Of a stretch of DNA of 64,000 bases, positions 1 to 10,883 are shown piece by piece (position 1 is the stretch's first letter; each line of letters begins with the position of its first letter). The translations under genes and the position numbers were made by a program. Under the pieces are notes generated by a model, which worked only from the letters and a program-made list of their open reading frames with translations, did no database searches and was not told where the DNA came from. This DNA comes from Vitrella brassicaformis CCMP3155 (taxonomy: Eukaryota; Protista; Chromerida). The stretch covers positions 186,001 to 250,000 of the forward strand of contig CDMY01000748.1 of the NCBI GenBank assembly GCA_001179505.1. Reading direction: 5' to 3'.

Positions 1-144
1 GGCCATATAGGCAGACAGACCGACCATCAGACAGACAAAAAGGCGTCTTGGGGTCTTACAGGTCTCATGGACAAACGAAATCAAACGAACGTCACATTGG
101 CTATGGCAGGCCTGGCTCATGGATCATGGATAAAGCCATCACAT

Positions 145-730
145 CACCTCACGTCCATCGGTCGCCGACAGATACAGCGACGACACCACAGACAATGCAC
201 TCACACACACATCGATGTGTGGGTGGATGTGTGCAGCAGCAAAGGCACACACACCGACACAGATGGCCAATGCGCGCACACTGACACCCTATAGCAACTC
301 GAGCAGGGGCATGCAGCAGAATAAACCGACGCAGCAGCTGGCCACAAATCCAGACATCGCTGCCGGACGGTCTCACCGCCGCAAAGGCACTCACAGCGGA
401 CGCACCAGGGGGCAGTGCTCACAGGATGGCCACCAGCCTATACTCGAGGTAAGCCTCCTTTCCACTGTAGGTCAGTCTGGCCGGCGCGATGACCCGCCGC
501 ACCTCACCCACACGCATGTCAGTGAAGGTCTCCTGGACCCACTCAGCAACAAAGTCAGACACACAACGCACCAGCCCACGGTATCCATATCTCTTGTCTT
601 GGCCGTCGAAGTCGTCAGCCCACGCGACCTCGTCGATCTCGACGTCCTGGTTCTGTGTCGGTTTGGGCCCATTGCCCGGCCGCACCACTTGATGAAACAC
701 ACCCGACGGCGACCGAGTGAACACATCGCC
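145..730 (-). repeat. Segmental duplication partner of about 35012-35600 (FKBP terminal exon plus 3' flank)
   Basis: Shared blocks such as gagatacagcgac, aatgcactcacac..atcgatgtgtg, caactc.agcaggg.catgcag and gcagtgctcacaggatggccaccagcct occur at both loci in the same orientation. Confidence 0.8.
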
Positions 731-1138
731 GCCGCCGCCATGGCCGGCTGCTATGGTTGGTGATGAGACCTCCTGACGCCGCAGTGTGGCGCCATTGCCA
801 TTGGCCACACCCACACTGACACACAGACACACAGGCACACAGACACACAGCCCCAATGAGAGCCCACCGTCTGTGTGTCTGTGCAGCACCTACGTCTCAT
901 TCGGCAGCACTCCCTTTGGCAGCAGCGACTCGCGGCCGCTCCTGTCCTTGCTGTAGAAGTTGACGCTCGTGCGGCAGATGTCCAGCGGCAAATAGATGCG
1001 CTTCTTGGGGCGGTCGGGGACCAATGCGTTGAGCTCGTAGAAGTACTCGCCCGGCTGGGCAGGGTCCTCCAGCACATTGCGACTGAACTCCAGCACACCG
1101 ACGTCCACCAGTCTGTCACTCATTGCGCCTGCACACAC
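419..1138 (-). CDS. FKBP-like domain protein; 3' exons only, 5' end unresolved
   Basis: Terminal exon reads SPSGVFHQVVRPGNGPKP...ADDFDG...EWVQETFTDMRVGEVRRVIAP...YLEYRLVAIL*, an FKBP_C-like pattern. It joins an upstream exon (about 892-1130, DRLVDVGVLEF...PNE) through a phase-2 intron (AC|GTAGGT ... GTCAG|T). Confidence 0.7.
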
Positions 1139-1574
1139 ACACCGACAGTGTAAGAACCAAATGACCTGGCGAGTCTGTCTGTTTCTGCTGCTTGGCTGTG
1201 TCAGTGTTTGCTCTTGTTTGCGTACCTGTGTGCCGCTGGCCGGTCCACGGGCTTGGTTGGTGCTGTGGATGGATGACGTTTGTCAGATGAACGGTGCTGC
1301 CTGCCCAAACACCACACAGACGCACACTGGTGAAGCTGCTGGCTCAGATCTACATATTTGCTTGTCGTCCGAGGCTCTCTGACCCACCTCGCGCTGCAAC
1401 GAACGAACGAACGAACGAACGCTGCAAAAAGCCGATCGGCGAGGGAATGCGAGCTTAGCATGGGAGGAACTCTCCTCTCCCGCGGAGCCCAGAGAGGCCT
1501 GAAGGTTTCCTGTCTTCAGACCTGACAGATCTGTGCCTTTGTCGTACCAACAGGCGACACCAACCACACGAGTG

Positions 1575-2832
1575 ATGCAAAGATTCGCCGCCCTGGTCGT
1601 CGTGATGATGGCCCTCGTCTGCACTGTGACGTCGGACATCAACAGAGAAGGTAGACACTCGTCTGTCCAGCAGCCTGCTTCCACTCAGTGCCTTCACTCT
1701 TACTTGTGTGTGTGCTGCGGTCTCTCTGGCGTGCTGCAGGCGGATCAGCTGAGGCTGCCTACGAGAGAAGTGGTGCCCCTGCCGACGGAAATAGCAGCCT
1801 GCAAGGTGCGCAAGTGTGCACTGCACGATTCTATGTCATGGAGGGGGTGTGTGTGTGGGTGTTTGTCAGAGGGCCCGGGCGGCGTGAGCACTCCCCTTGC
1901 TCCATTGGGGGGTGGCTCGGCCGGTGTGGAGAACAACAGCGGGTCACTTTGCATGCCAGGGACCCCTGGCTGCGGCATGCCCTCGGCTTCCGGTGAGGCG
2001 TCAGCCGGCACCCTTGTCGTTGACGGCAATGCGATTGAGCCTGAGACGGAAGTGACGGCCGATGGCAGCCCACTTGACGAGGCTGGTGCGGCAAATGGCG
2101 GTATGTCACTCACTCCCGTCACGGACGGTCCGACTTGTTGGCGTGCATGATGTGTGTGGTGTGTGCGTGTGTGCCAGGGAGTCGTTTGCGGAGACTTGTG
2201 GAGGCCGGCGGCGACCAGACCACACCGCCGCCCGTGGACGATGCGGGTACGACGCACCGTACTTTCGACGAGAAGGACAGGCGATTATGTGTGTCGGGAT
2301 TTGCCCTTGTCCTTGTCCGTGTGTGGTGTGGTGTGGTGTATGGGCGCCGTTGTAGGGTGGCGGGAGCGCCTAAAAGGATATAAAGAAAAAATTAAAGGCC
2401 CCCTTAACAGAGACGGCAATGCCATTGAGCCTGAAAATGAACTGATGGCGGATGGCAGCCCACTTGAGGACAACGGCGGCGCGGCCACTCATGGTGTGTC
2501 ACTCACTCCCTCGGGTGATGGAGGGTCGAAACTGCTAGGGGTGTTTGATGTGTGTGTGTTGTGTGCGTGTGTGCCAGAGAGTCGTTTGAGGAGACTTTGG
2601 AGGCGGCTATTCCTGGACCTGGAAGATATCCAACATAGCGGTAATTAGGAAGAAGGCAAGCGCGCTCACGAGTCTATGTATCGCCCTTGTCTGTGTATGC
2701 GCGCCATCAGCCGGCCCCCTTGTTAAAGACGGCAATGCGATTGAGCCTGAGACGGAGCTGACGGCTGATGGCAGCCCATTTAACGAAGACAGCTCTGGTG
2801 ACACCAGCGGTCGCATGTGCGGACTCAATTAA
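1575..2832 (+). CDS. Secreted low-complexity protein with three DGNAIEPExExxADGSP repeats
   Basis: Signal-like MQRFAALVVVMMALVCTVTS. Repeat units start at about 2022, 2412 and 2728. Two homologous introns (gt.tgtcactcactccc...gtgtgtgccag) are each followed by an SRLRRL exon start. Confidence 0.55.
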
Positions 2833-4000
2833 GTAGGGCAGCTTCTATACTCCGCGCTGGCTGTAGTTTCGTTACTACTGGGAGGCCGTTGTTTTGGGGT
2901 GAGTGAGGCCAGCTCGTGTGTGTGTTGTGTTAATAGTTGTCTGTCAACCAGACGGACGGCGAGGCACAGACAGGCGGATGGCCCCTGTAGTAGTGTGTGT
3001 GTGTGTGTGTGTGTGAAGATAGTCCATATGTGTCGATAGAGGCCCGTGATGGGGCGGTGTGCACCTGACACGACCGACCGACAGGGAGGTCGACTGCAGG
3101 CAGGTGCACTTTCTTTCGGGCTGAGTGGGGGTGGGGTGCGTGGAACTGCACGCACGTTCATACGGCACTTTTGCTGACAAACACCGAGATGGGTTCAATC
3201 TTCATCTCGTGGTGCCTATCATCCCTTCACACGTGCCCGCCAGCAGGGTGGTCGAACCTGTGCCGGCGAGAGAGAGAAAGGGAAGCCCTTTTCATCTGTC
3301 TGTCTGTCTGTCTGTGTCTCTTGTGTATGGTGTTCACTCTCTTTCCCGCTTATCTCTTCCCGTCTGTGGTGGGTGGCGCGTCTGCCGCTGATTCACTGAG
3401 CCAGGTGCCGCCCGTCACACGGGGGCAACACACACAAATGACACGGGGAGGGAGGGAGGGAGGGAAGCGCTGTCAGCTGGACCAACTGTGTGGAGTTGAT
3501 TCGCTTTGGTTCCGTGCTGTTGTGTGCTTTCGTCAAGTGCCGTTGTCTCCTGAGTGCTCATCGAGTCGCATCTCGTCCCGATGAGCAGTCGGCAGACACC
3601 CGGCGTGTGACGAGAGCATACAGCACATTGGGGAACCGAATCGTCGTATGGATGCAGTGAGGGTGGTGGTGGTGGTGAATGGATGTGACAGGGGGCAAGA
3701 AGGGATGCATTGCGGCCATTCGACTCAATGTGTGAAAAGACTCCCTTCAGAACACACGATGGAGAGTTGCACATCGGAACTCTGACAATTGAGTTCTCAA
3801 GACCACACACAGCAGAAAGATGAGCGTTAATGGGACACATACAGCCAGACGACCGCACTAACCACTTCCCTCTCTCCCTCTCTTCCTCATTCCCTCCCTT
3901 CTGCTTGCGCAAACACAAAAAGCGTGACTTATGCAGGCCGCTGCACTTCGGAAAATCAGCTGGCTCAGGGTGTTTCGTTGGACAACCGCGTGCACCGAAC

Positions 4001-4085
4001 TTGCTGTGGTGACTGCATGTGCGGTGGTCACGAGGGCCCGATGTTTGAACTCTCGCGACCGCCGTCCATGCAGTCACCGCAGCAA
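4001..4085 (+). ncRNA. Intergenic pre-miRNA-like hairpin (candidate only)
   Basis: 4001-4035 pairs with 4085-4051: 29 Watson-Crick pairs, 4 G-U pairs, 2 mismatches and a 15-nt loop (counted by hand). Expression unknown. Confidence 0.35.
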
Positions 4086-4256
4086 CACCGGCGGCACACG
4101 GCTGTGTTCTCATGAATGGGAGTGGAAGCAGCACGACACACACAACGACACGACACACGTGTACTCAGAATGAGTGAGCTATGCACACAGCAGGCCGCCA
4201 ATGTACCCACCACTGAATCTGACTGTACAATCAACACATCTCTGCACGGGCCTCAC

Positions 4257-5407
4257 TCAGGAAAAGACCTCGGCCGTTTCTGGTGCTTGCGCTGGCGGCT
4301 TGGACACGTCATAGCACCCACGTGGCATGCCCTCCGACTGCTCCAGGTACAGGCAGTACCACAGCAGCGCATTGATGTTCTCAGGCACATCCATGCCCAT
4401 CTCCTGCACACAGACACACACACACACACACACAGCGGCAATGGATTGGTGCGACGAATGCCACGGTTCTGCTCACCTTGTTTTCCCGCCACACATCAGC
4501 GAAGGAATCGGTTGTGTACTTGAGCCTGTAAGCGCCAGCCAATTCGCCCGTTCTGTCCTGACCTGACACACACACACACACATGCAGAGACCCACAGACA
4601 GACAGATGGCCAATGCGGCAATGGACAGGCCACTTCCCATTGACTCAGTGCTGACCGTGGCCGCAGTGGAAGTACAGCACGCGGGAGACCCCCGCTGGGT
4701 TCACCTTGTGCAGCAGCTCGTGCAGCGATGTCACCTTCTTGTTCAGGTGGTCCACCTGCCACTCAGGCAGACTCGATGCTAATCGATTTCGCTCCTGACA
4801 ACGAAGGGACACACACAGATGAGCTATGCGGCTCTCCTGAGCGTGTTGCATCGGTCACTCACTGCTTCAGGCAGGCTGTAAGGGCGCTTCTCGTCTCCTT
4901 TGAGAGGCCACTCGTGCAGCTTGCCAACCTCGGGGTTCTCGCTGAAAAAGTCTTGCTCCAGCTCAAGTGCCGCCGACTCCCCCTGCACCCACCGTACATC
5001 CGCGACACATGCAGCCCATCCATCTTATTTGCGCACCTCTCCGTTGCTCGGCAGCAGAAGTGAGAAGACCCACAGCTCGAAGCTGGCGTCGAGGATGAGC
5101 GACTGCTCCCTCGCCCGGCTGTAGAGGTACTCGTACAGCACCGACCAGGCGAACTGCTCGTGGCCGTCGCTCCCTCTCCGCTGCGGCTGGTTGCCGCGGA
5201 AGAGGAAATGCCCGGTGGTGCTGTTGTGGTCAAGCAGACGGACGCGCGCATCTGCAGGCGAGATGGCGGATGGATGGATGGATGAGAGCAGTCCTTTCAT
5301 CCGTGTTTGTGAGTCTATATCATTCGCTCACAGTTGAGATCTTCGACGGAGGCGCTGACGCTGACCAGCAGTGCGACAACCACGCTCGCAAACAAGATCC
5401 ACATCAT
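4257..5407 (-). CDS. Signal-peptide-bearing PTP/DSP-superfamily (CX5R) phosphatase
   Basis: Spliced product: MMWILFASVVVALLVSVSASVEDLN-Y-ARVRLLDHNSTTGHFLFRGNQP...EQDFFSENPEVGKLHEWPLKG...VLYFHCGHG|QDRTGELAGAY...NALLWYCLYL...EVFS*. The P-loop HCxxGxDRTG is split by a phase-1 intron near 4565-4650. Confidence 0.8.
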
Positions 5408-6050
5408 CGCTTCTTTCACCTCTCCTACTCTCCATTGCGAGCCTCTGTGCGATCCGCACCGGGACCGTGCTCGTATCCATTGCTTGTGGCCATTGGAGCG
5501 CTCCCTGGGACGCAACCAAACCTCCTTTGGGCCGTATGCTGGAAAAAATTCATCGCGAACCGTGAAAAGTTCGTCCCCCAAGAGGCATCAGTGTGGCCTG
5601 GTGCTCGCCTTGGGCCTCACTTGAAGACACCATCCCGACGCTATCGAAGACACGTATGCCAGCAAACTGGTCAAAATGGCTATGCGGACGAATGCATGTG
5701 TGTGCGTGTGGATCGAAGCACGGGAGAGGTCGAGGGAGAAGACGGGCGGGCGACACTGTCTATGATGCATGCAGCCAGCATGCAGGCTGGGCCACCCGTG
5801 GGGTGTGAAGATGATAGTGGAGATACACCAGCTTCCGCTTTTGGCCACCGAGAGCCTCGGCGAGAGGGAAGAAAAGTGACCCCCAAACGTACGGATGGCG
5901 AATGGGATGCATACTGTCTTCACCTGGCGTGGGCTTCTGTCTGTGGACTCTGCAAGGCACAGAGAAGTCGGAGAACTGCAACCCCGCGTGGAGGGGGACG
6001 CTCCCCTAACCCCCAACCCCCGGCCTCCCCCCCAGCCTCCCTCCCAGCCC

Positions 6051-6350
6051 NNNNNNNNNNNNNNNNNNNNNNNNNNNNNNNNNNNNNNNNNNNNNNNNNN
6101 NNNNNNNNNNNNNNNNNNNNNNNNNNNNNNNNNNNNNNNNNNNNNNNNNNNNNNNNNNNNNNNNNNNNNNNNNNNNNNNNNNNNNNNNNNNNNNNNNNNN
6201 NNNNNNNNNNNNNNNNNNNNNNNNNNNNNNNNNNNNNNNNNNNNNNNNNNNNNNNNNNNNNNNNNNNNNNNNNNNNNNNNNNNNNNNNNNNNNNNNNNNN
6301 NNNNNNNNNNNNNNNNNNNNNNNNNNNNNNNNNNNNNNNNNNNNNNNNNN
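6051..6350. other. Assembly gap (300 N)
   Basis: N run flanked on both sides by ccccagcctccctcccagccc, consistent with a collapsed tandem repeat. Confidence 0.99.
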
Positions 6351-7259
6351 CCCCAGCCTCCCTCCCAGCCCACAGCATACGGACATAATTGAAAGGTTTT
6401 GGTCCACGTTCATCAATATCTGCGCGATTGCCTCGTCATCGCAAGACCCCGGACGACAGACACAGCCTTTGTTGGCACAAGCAGCTGGAGGAGCCAATGA
6501 TGAATTGATCTGTCAGCCGCGGTTTGGCCATGCGGCAAGGTATGAATCTGTCATTTGTGTCAGAAACAGAGGGAGCCGATGAGAGGTAAGTACACAAGGT
6601 ACGCCTCGATGCAGCCTCGCATTCATTGAATCTGCTTCGTGTGAACGCAGGCGATACCGTCAGTGTGGGCCTTCCCACAATCACGTGTCTTTGTCTTCAG
6701 TGCATGACCGCCTATCACTATGGGCCTCCCCACAGTCGTGTGTACGCAAACCCACTCTGTCTCTTCAGTGTGCGGAGTGTCTGCCATGTGGATGTGTGTT
6801 GTGCATGGAGAGAGAATTGATGTATGTCCCTGACCCACTGCAGAGGCAATGGCTCCCCACCTCTTCTTTACCTAGTCTTAAACCATGCACAAGATCCATC
6901 GCTTTACGCTTCTGCCACGGGTCTTGTCTGCTCGAAACGCTGACAGTCTTTCCTGCGCAGACGCATCTACGCGAATCCGAAGCCAACAAACTCAGCCACT
7001 CAACCACTCAACCACTCATTCTCTGAACACTGCCCTGTACAAACCTTCAGAACATGCAGAAAAGTCCCAGTCCTTTCTTCGGCTGACCTCTCCCGAACTC
7101 ATGGCACGTGTCTCTGGCCGCGATCCACTCGCAAGCTTGCAACTTCCCCCCTGAAGATCTTCCTCTCCTTACGCTCTCTACTCACCCGAGGCAGCAGCGC
7201 AGAGCAGAGACTCGCGCGCTCGTGGTCCACATCAGTGCACGAAGCGAGACGCACCTGAG

Positions 7260-8542
7260 ATGACGCCTCTCGTGCTCGTGGCCCTTTTGCTGGGGATCGG
7301 CTATGCAGGGGGGAGGCACCTCGGCACCCGCCCTGCCATCAGCGGCTTCCAGGCGCTGCAGATGCCCAAGATCACTCACGCCAGTCTCGAGGAGGGCCAG
7401 CTCGTGCGCAGGATGGCAGAGCAGGCTCGGGCCACCGCAACACAGGCAACACGTAAGCCCACACACTGGGGCAAGCCATGAGGGAGGAGGACGTGAGAGA
7501 GGGGGGTCGTGCTGTGGGTGTGTTTGTGGCTCCAGCTCCCACCAGGCCGGCGATTCCGACGATTCCGGCGAGTCGAAAGACCGACAGGGCGATGGGTCTC
7601 TTCGAGGGATGCGCTGTGTACTATGGTATGTATGCTGGGGACAAGGTGCACATCCGATGCACATGGCGTCTGTGTGCTGGTCAGATGCCAACGACTGCTA
7701 CCAGCTCGAGGTGGGCAACAAGCGTCGCCCCATCCCAGCAGCCAACTGGCCCGACATCAAGCGATTTGCCGACGTCAACATAGTGGCGGGCGTGCCGCAA
7801 ATCAGGTGAGGAGGACTGAGTGGATACCAGCCATCAGTCCAAGTGCCGATCAACTCTCTGTCTGTCAATCGTTGGCATGGCAGTGTGGCCGCCGAGATCA
7901 CCTCGCCCGCCAGCAAGGAGGCAGTGGGTCTCTTCGATGGTCAGTCTGTGCACCTCGACCACAAGGGAGGGTATCTGGTGGAGCTCGGTGACGAGTGGCG
8001 GCCCATTCGCGAGGAACACTGGCCTGACGTCAAGATGTTCACCGACGTCGACATCGCCAAGATCCGGCAGGAAATGTACGCGCCCACAAACGCACCTACG
8101 CACTCATTCTCCTGCTCACCACCACAGAGATATCTCTGTCTCGCCGTTTCCTTTCAGTCTGGGTGGTTCTGGCGGGGAGGGTCCCGACCTCACCTTCGTC
8201 CGCGCGCCCTCGTCTGGCATGCTCTTCCAGCTAGTGACTCCAGGGACGGGCGCGTCGCCTTCTCGCGGCGATGCGGTGAAGTTCAACGCCAGGGAGTGGC
8301 GCCGCGGCTTCGCCGGCGAGCCGGGAACCGAACTCGACAACGAGTGGAAGGACGAGAGACTCGAGTCTGATCAGCCGCTCGTCTTCAGTACCAACGAAAA
8401 GGGCGAGAGGCGCGCCATCTCGAGCGACTTTTTCCACGAGATTCTCTGGTCGATGAGAGTGGGGGAGACGAGGCGCGTGATCAGGCTACCGAAGTTCGGG
8501 TACACGGCTTACTACGAGCTCGAGCTGCTCAAGATAGAGTAA
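7260..8542 (+). CDS. Signal peptide + two copies of an unnamed ~45-aa module + FKBP-like domain
   Basis: MTPLVLVALLLGIGYAG leader; modules GLFEGCAVYYG|DANDCYQLEVGNKRRPI..WPDIKRF and VGLFDGQSVHLDHKGGYLVELGDEWRPI..WPDVKMF; terminal exon SSGMLFQLVTPGTGASP...SMRVGETRRVI...YYELELLKIE*. Intron phases are consistent. Confidence 0.75.
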
Positions 8543-8698
8543 CTGCACTGACTCACTCAACCACTCACTCACTCAACCATCCAACCACATGCATATCACC
8601 ACCAACACCAACTGAGCTGCTCTTGCCTGCCATGCCCATATGTCTCCCTGTGTGCCTGCCTGCCTGTCTGGCTGATGTGACCTCAATTGCACGGATGC

Positions 8699-8998
8699 NN
8701 NNNNNNNNNNNNNNNNNNNNNNNNNNNNNNNNNNNNNNNNNNNNNNNNNNNNNNNNNNNNNNNNNNNNNNNNNNNNNNNNNNNNNNNNNNNNNNNNNNNN
8801 NNNNNNNNNNNNNNNNNNNNNNNNNNNNNNNNNNNNNNNNNNNNNNNNNNNNNNNNNNNNNNNNNNNNNNNNNNNNNNNNNNNNNNNNNNNNNNNNNNNN
8901 NNNNNNNNNNNNNNNNNNNNNNNNNNNNNNNNNNNNNNNNNNNNNNNNNNNNNNNNNNNNNNNNNNNNNNNNNNNNNNNNNNNNNNNNNNNNNNNNNN
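8699..8998. other. Assembly gap (300 N)
   Basis: N run. It probably hides the equivalent of 10421-10887, including the ATG of the next gene. Confidence 0.99.
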
Positions 8999-10169
8999 CG
9001 GCTTTGACGCTGGATCTGGTGTTGACGATGGTGTCTTCGGCGGCGATGGGTCATGCAGGGGGTCTTACGCTCCCTTGCACCAGCTTCCAGGTGCTTCAGA
9101 TGCCCAAGATCACTCACACGAGCCACAAGCAGCTGCTGGGATCAAGGAAGAGACCATCTCGTAAGCACAGCTTGAGGATGATGGAGGGAAGCGCAGAGGA
9201 TGCCCACATGAGGAGTGGAGTGCGCCCGTGTGTCCGTGTGTTGGTGCAGGTGCGGCTCTCGCGATGGCCGGGACGGACAGGGCGATTGGCCTCTTGCATG
9301 GCCACCCGGTGTACTTCGACAGTGCGGACGGCTATCAGGTTGATGTGGACGGCAGGCGCCGGCCGGTTCCGAGCTGGCTGCACATCCGCAGAGTCGGCGA
9401 CGTGCAGGTCGAAGGGGCTGCTGGTCTGCCGCAAATCAGGTACTAGAGGCATTGACCCTTTCCAGGGATGCTTCACCCGCTGTGCATCTGTTGTCTGTCT
9501 GTGGTCATTCTGGCTGCATGCGTCAGTGCGAGCACCCAGGTGGTTTATCCAGCGAGCGATGAAGCTGTGGGTCTCTTCCAGGGCCGCCCCGCCCACGTCG
9601 ATGAGAAGGGAGGCTTCCTTGTCAGTGTCGATGGCGAGTGGCGGCCCGTTAGGAAAGACGACTGGCCAGACGTCATCAGATTCACCGATGTGGACGTCAC
9701 CACGCTCGAAGAACGGTGCGCACGCAGAGATGAGGCAACAACACGCTTTTTCTGCCGTTTCACTGCCTTAGTCGCTACTTGTGTTGGTCGCATCAGGCTG
9801 GACTGTACGATTGGGAGACTCCAAGACGACAGAACATTCATTCGGCTTGGGCGGTTCCTCTATCAGGTGGTGAGACGCGGCACAGGTGTCTGCCCGGCCA
9901 CGGGCGACACTGTAAGGTACAGAAGGACGCTTTTTGACTACGGATTTCCACCCGACAGAGGCAGCAAGAAGCTGAGAGATTATGAAGCGACCCTCGAGTA
10001 TGGCAAAGCGTCCCTGTACGGCTTCGAGCATGATATGCTGTGGTCCTTCGAGCACGATATGCTGTGGTCGATGAGGGTTGGCGAAGTCCGGCGCGTCATC
10101 AGACCAATGAGTGGCTCGAACAAGACTTATTGGGAGCTGGAGCTGATCGAAATAATAGAGCAGAAGTGA
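8999..10169 (+). CDS. Paralog 2: leader + two modules + FKBP-like domain (start lies in gap)
   Basis: Same exon layout as 7260-8542 and near-identical to 10884 onward. FKBP exon FLYQVVRRGTGVCP...SMRVGEVRRVI...YWELELIEIIEQK*. Confidence 0.7.
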
Positions 10170-10883
10170 GCGAGGCATTGTGCTGTGCTGGGCTGGGCTG
10201 GGCTGTGCTGGGGGCTGGGCTTGGCTTACTACAGCTCGAGCTGCTCAAGATAGAGTAACTGCACTGACTCACTCAACCACTCACTCAGTCGACCATCCAA
10301 CCACATGCATATCACCACTACCACTAACACCAACTGAGCTGCTCTTCCCTCACATGCCCATATGTCTGCCTATGTGCCTGCCTGCCTGTCTGGCTGATGT
10401 GACCCCAATTGCACGGATGCGTGTGTGACTGACTGACGAGAGGAGTGCTTTTTGATGGCATTTTAGCCCTGGTACTGGTCTGATTGGCTGTGTGTCAGAC
10501 AGTGAGTTTTCGCCTGTCAGCATGAGACGAATTCGTGACGTGACTTTGCTGCTGCATATGGGGGGCAGAGAGAAGGGCAAGAGAGAGACCGCTTGCTTCT
10601 TTGACGAGAGGAGGGAGGGAGGGACAACCCAATCGACTGTGTGGGATTCCCTTCACCGTCTGTGTGTACTGGTGCATCTGTTACTTTGGTGTGTGTCAGT
10701 TTCCATCACAAAACAGATCGACTCGACCAACTGCAATCCACAAGTGATGAAGCGACGAATGCATCATTGTCACTTCTGGCGCCCTTCTCCTTCTACAATC
10801 TGCCTGCGAGCTTCGCACAATGCCAGGCACAACACTCCTGGCTCTGAAGGGCTAGTGGCAAGGAATCCAAGGCTGGATCAGAC

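Noticed and set aside
3415-4158. 247-aa minus-strand ORF with a CSHHSKFGARGC motif faintly like a gag zinc motif
   Set aside because: No protease, RT, integrase or LTR nearby; it overlaps the hairpin and low-complexity sequence; the motif is too short to support.
5270-6497. Long ORFs crossing the N gaps (also 8623-9771 and 19045-20706)
   Set aside because: Their length comes from runs of X; flanks are simple repeats or belong to other frames.
6380-7154. Possible small gene between the gap and the 7260 gene
   Set aside because: Some coding-like composition, but I could not build a consistent exon chain or recognise a domain.
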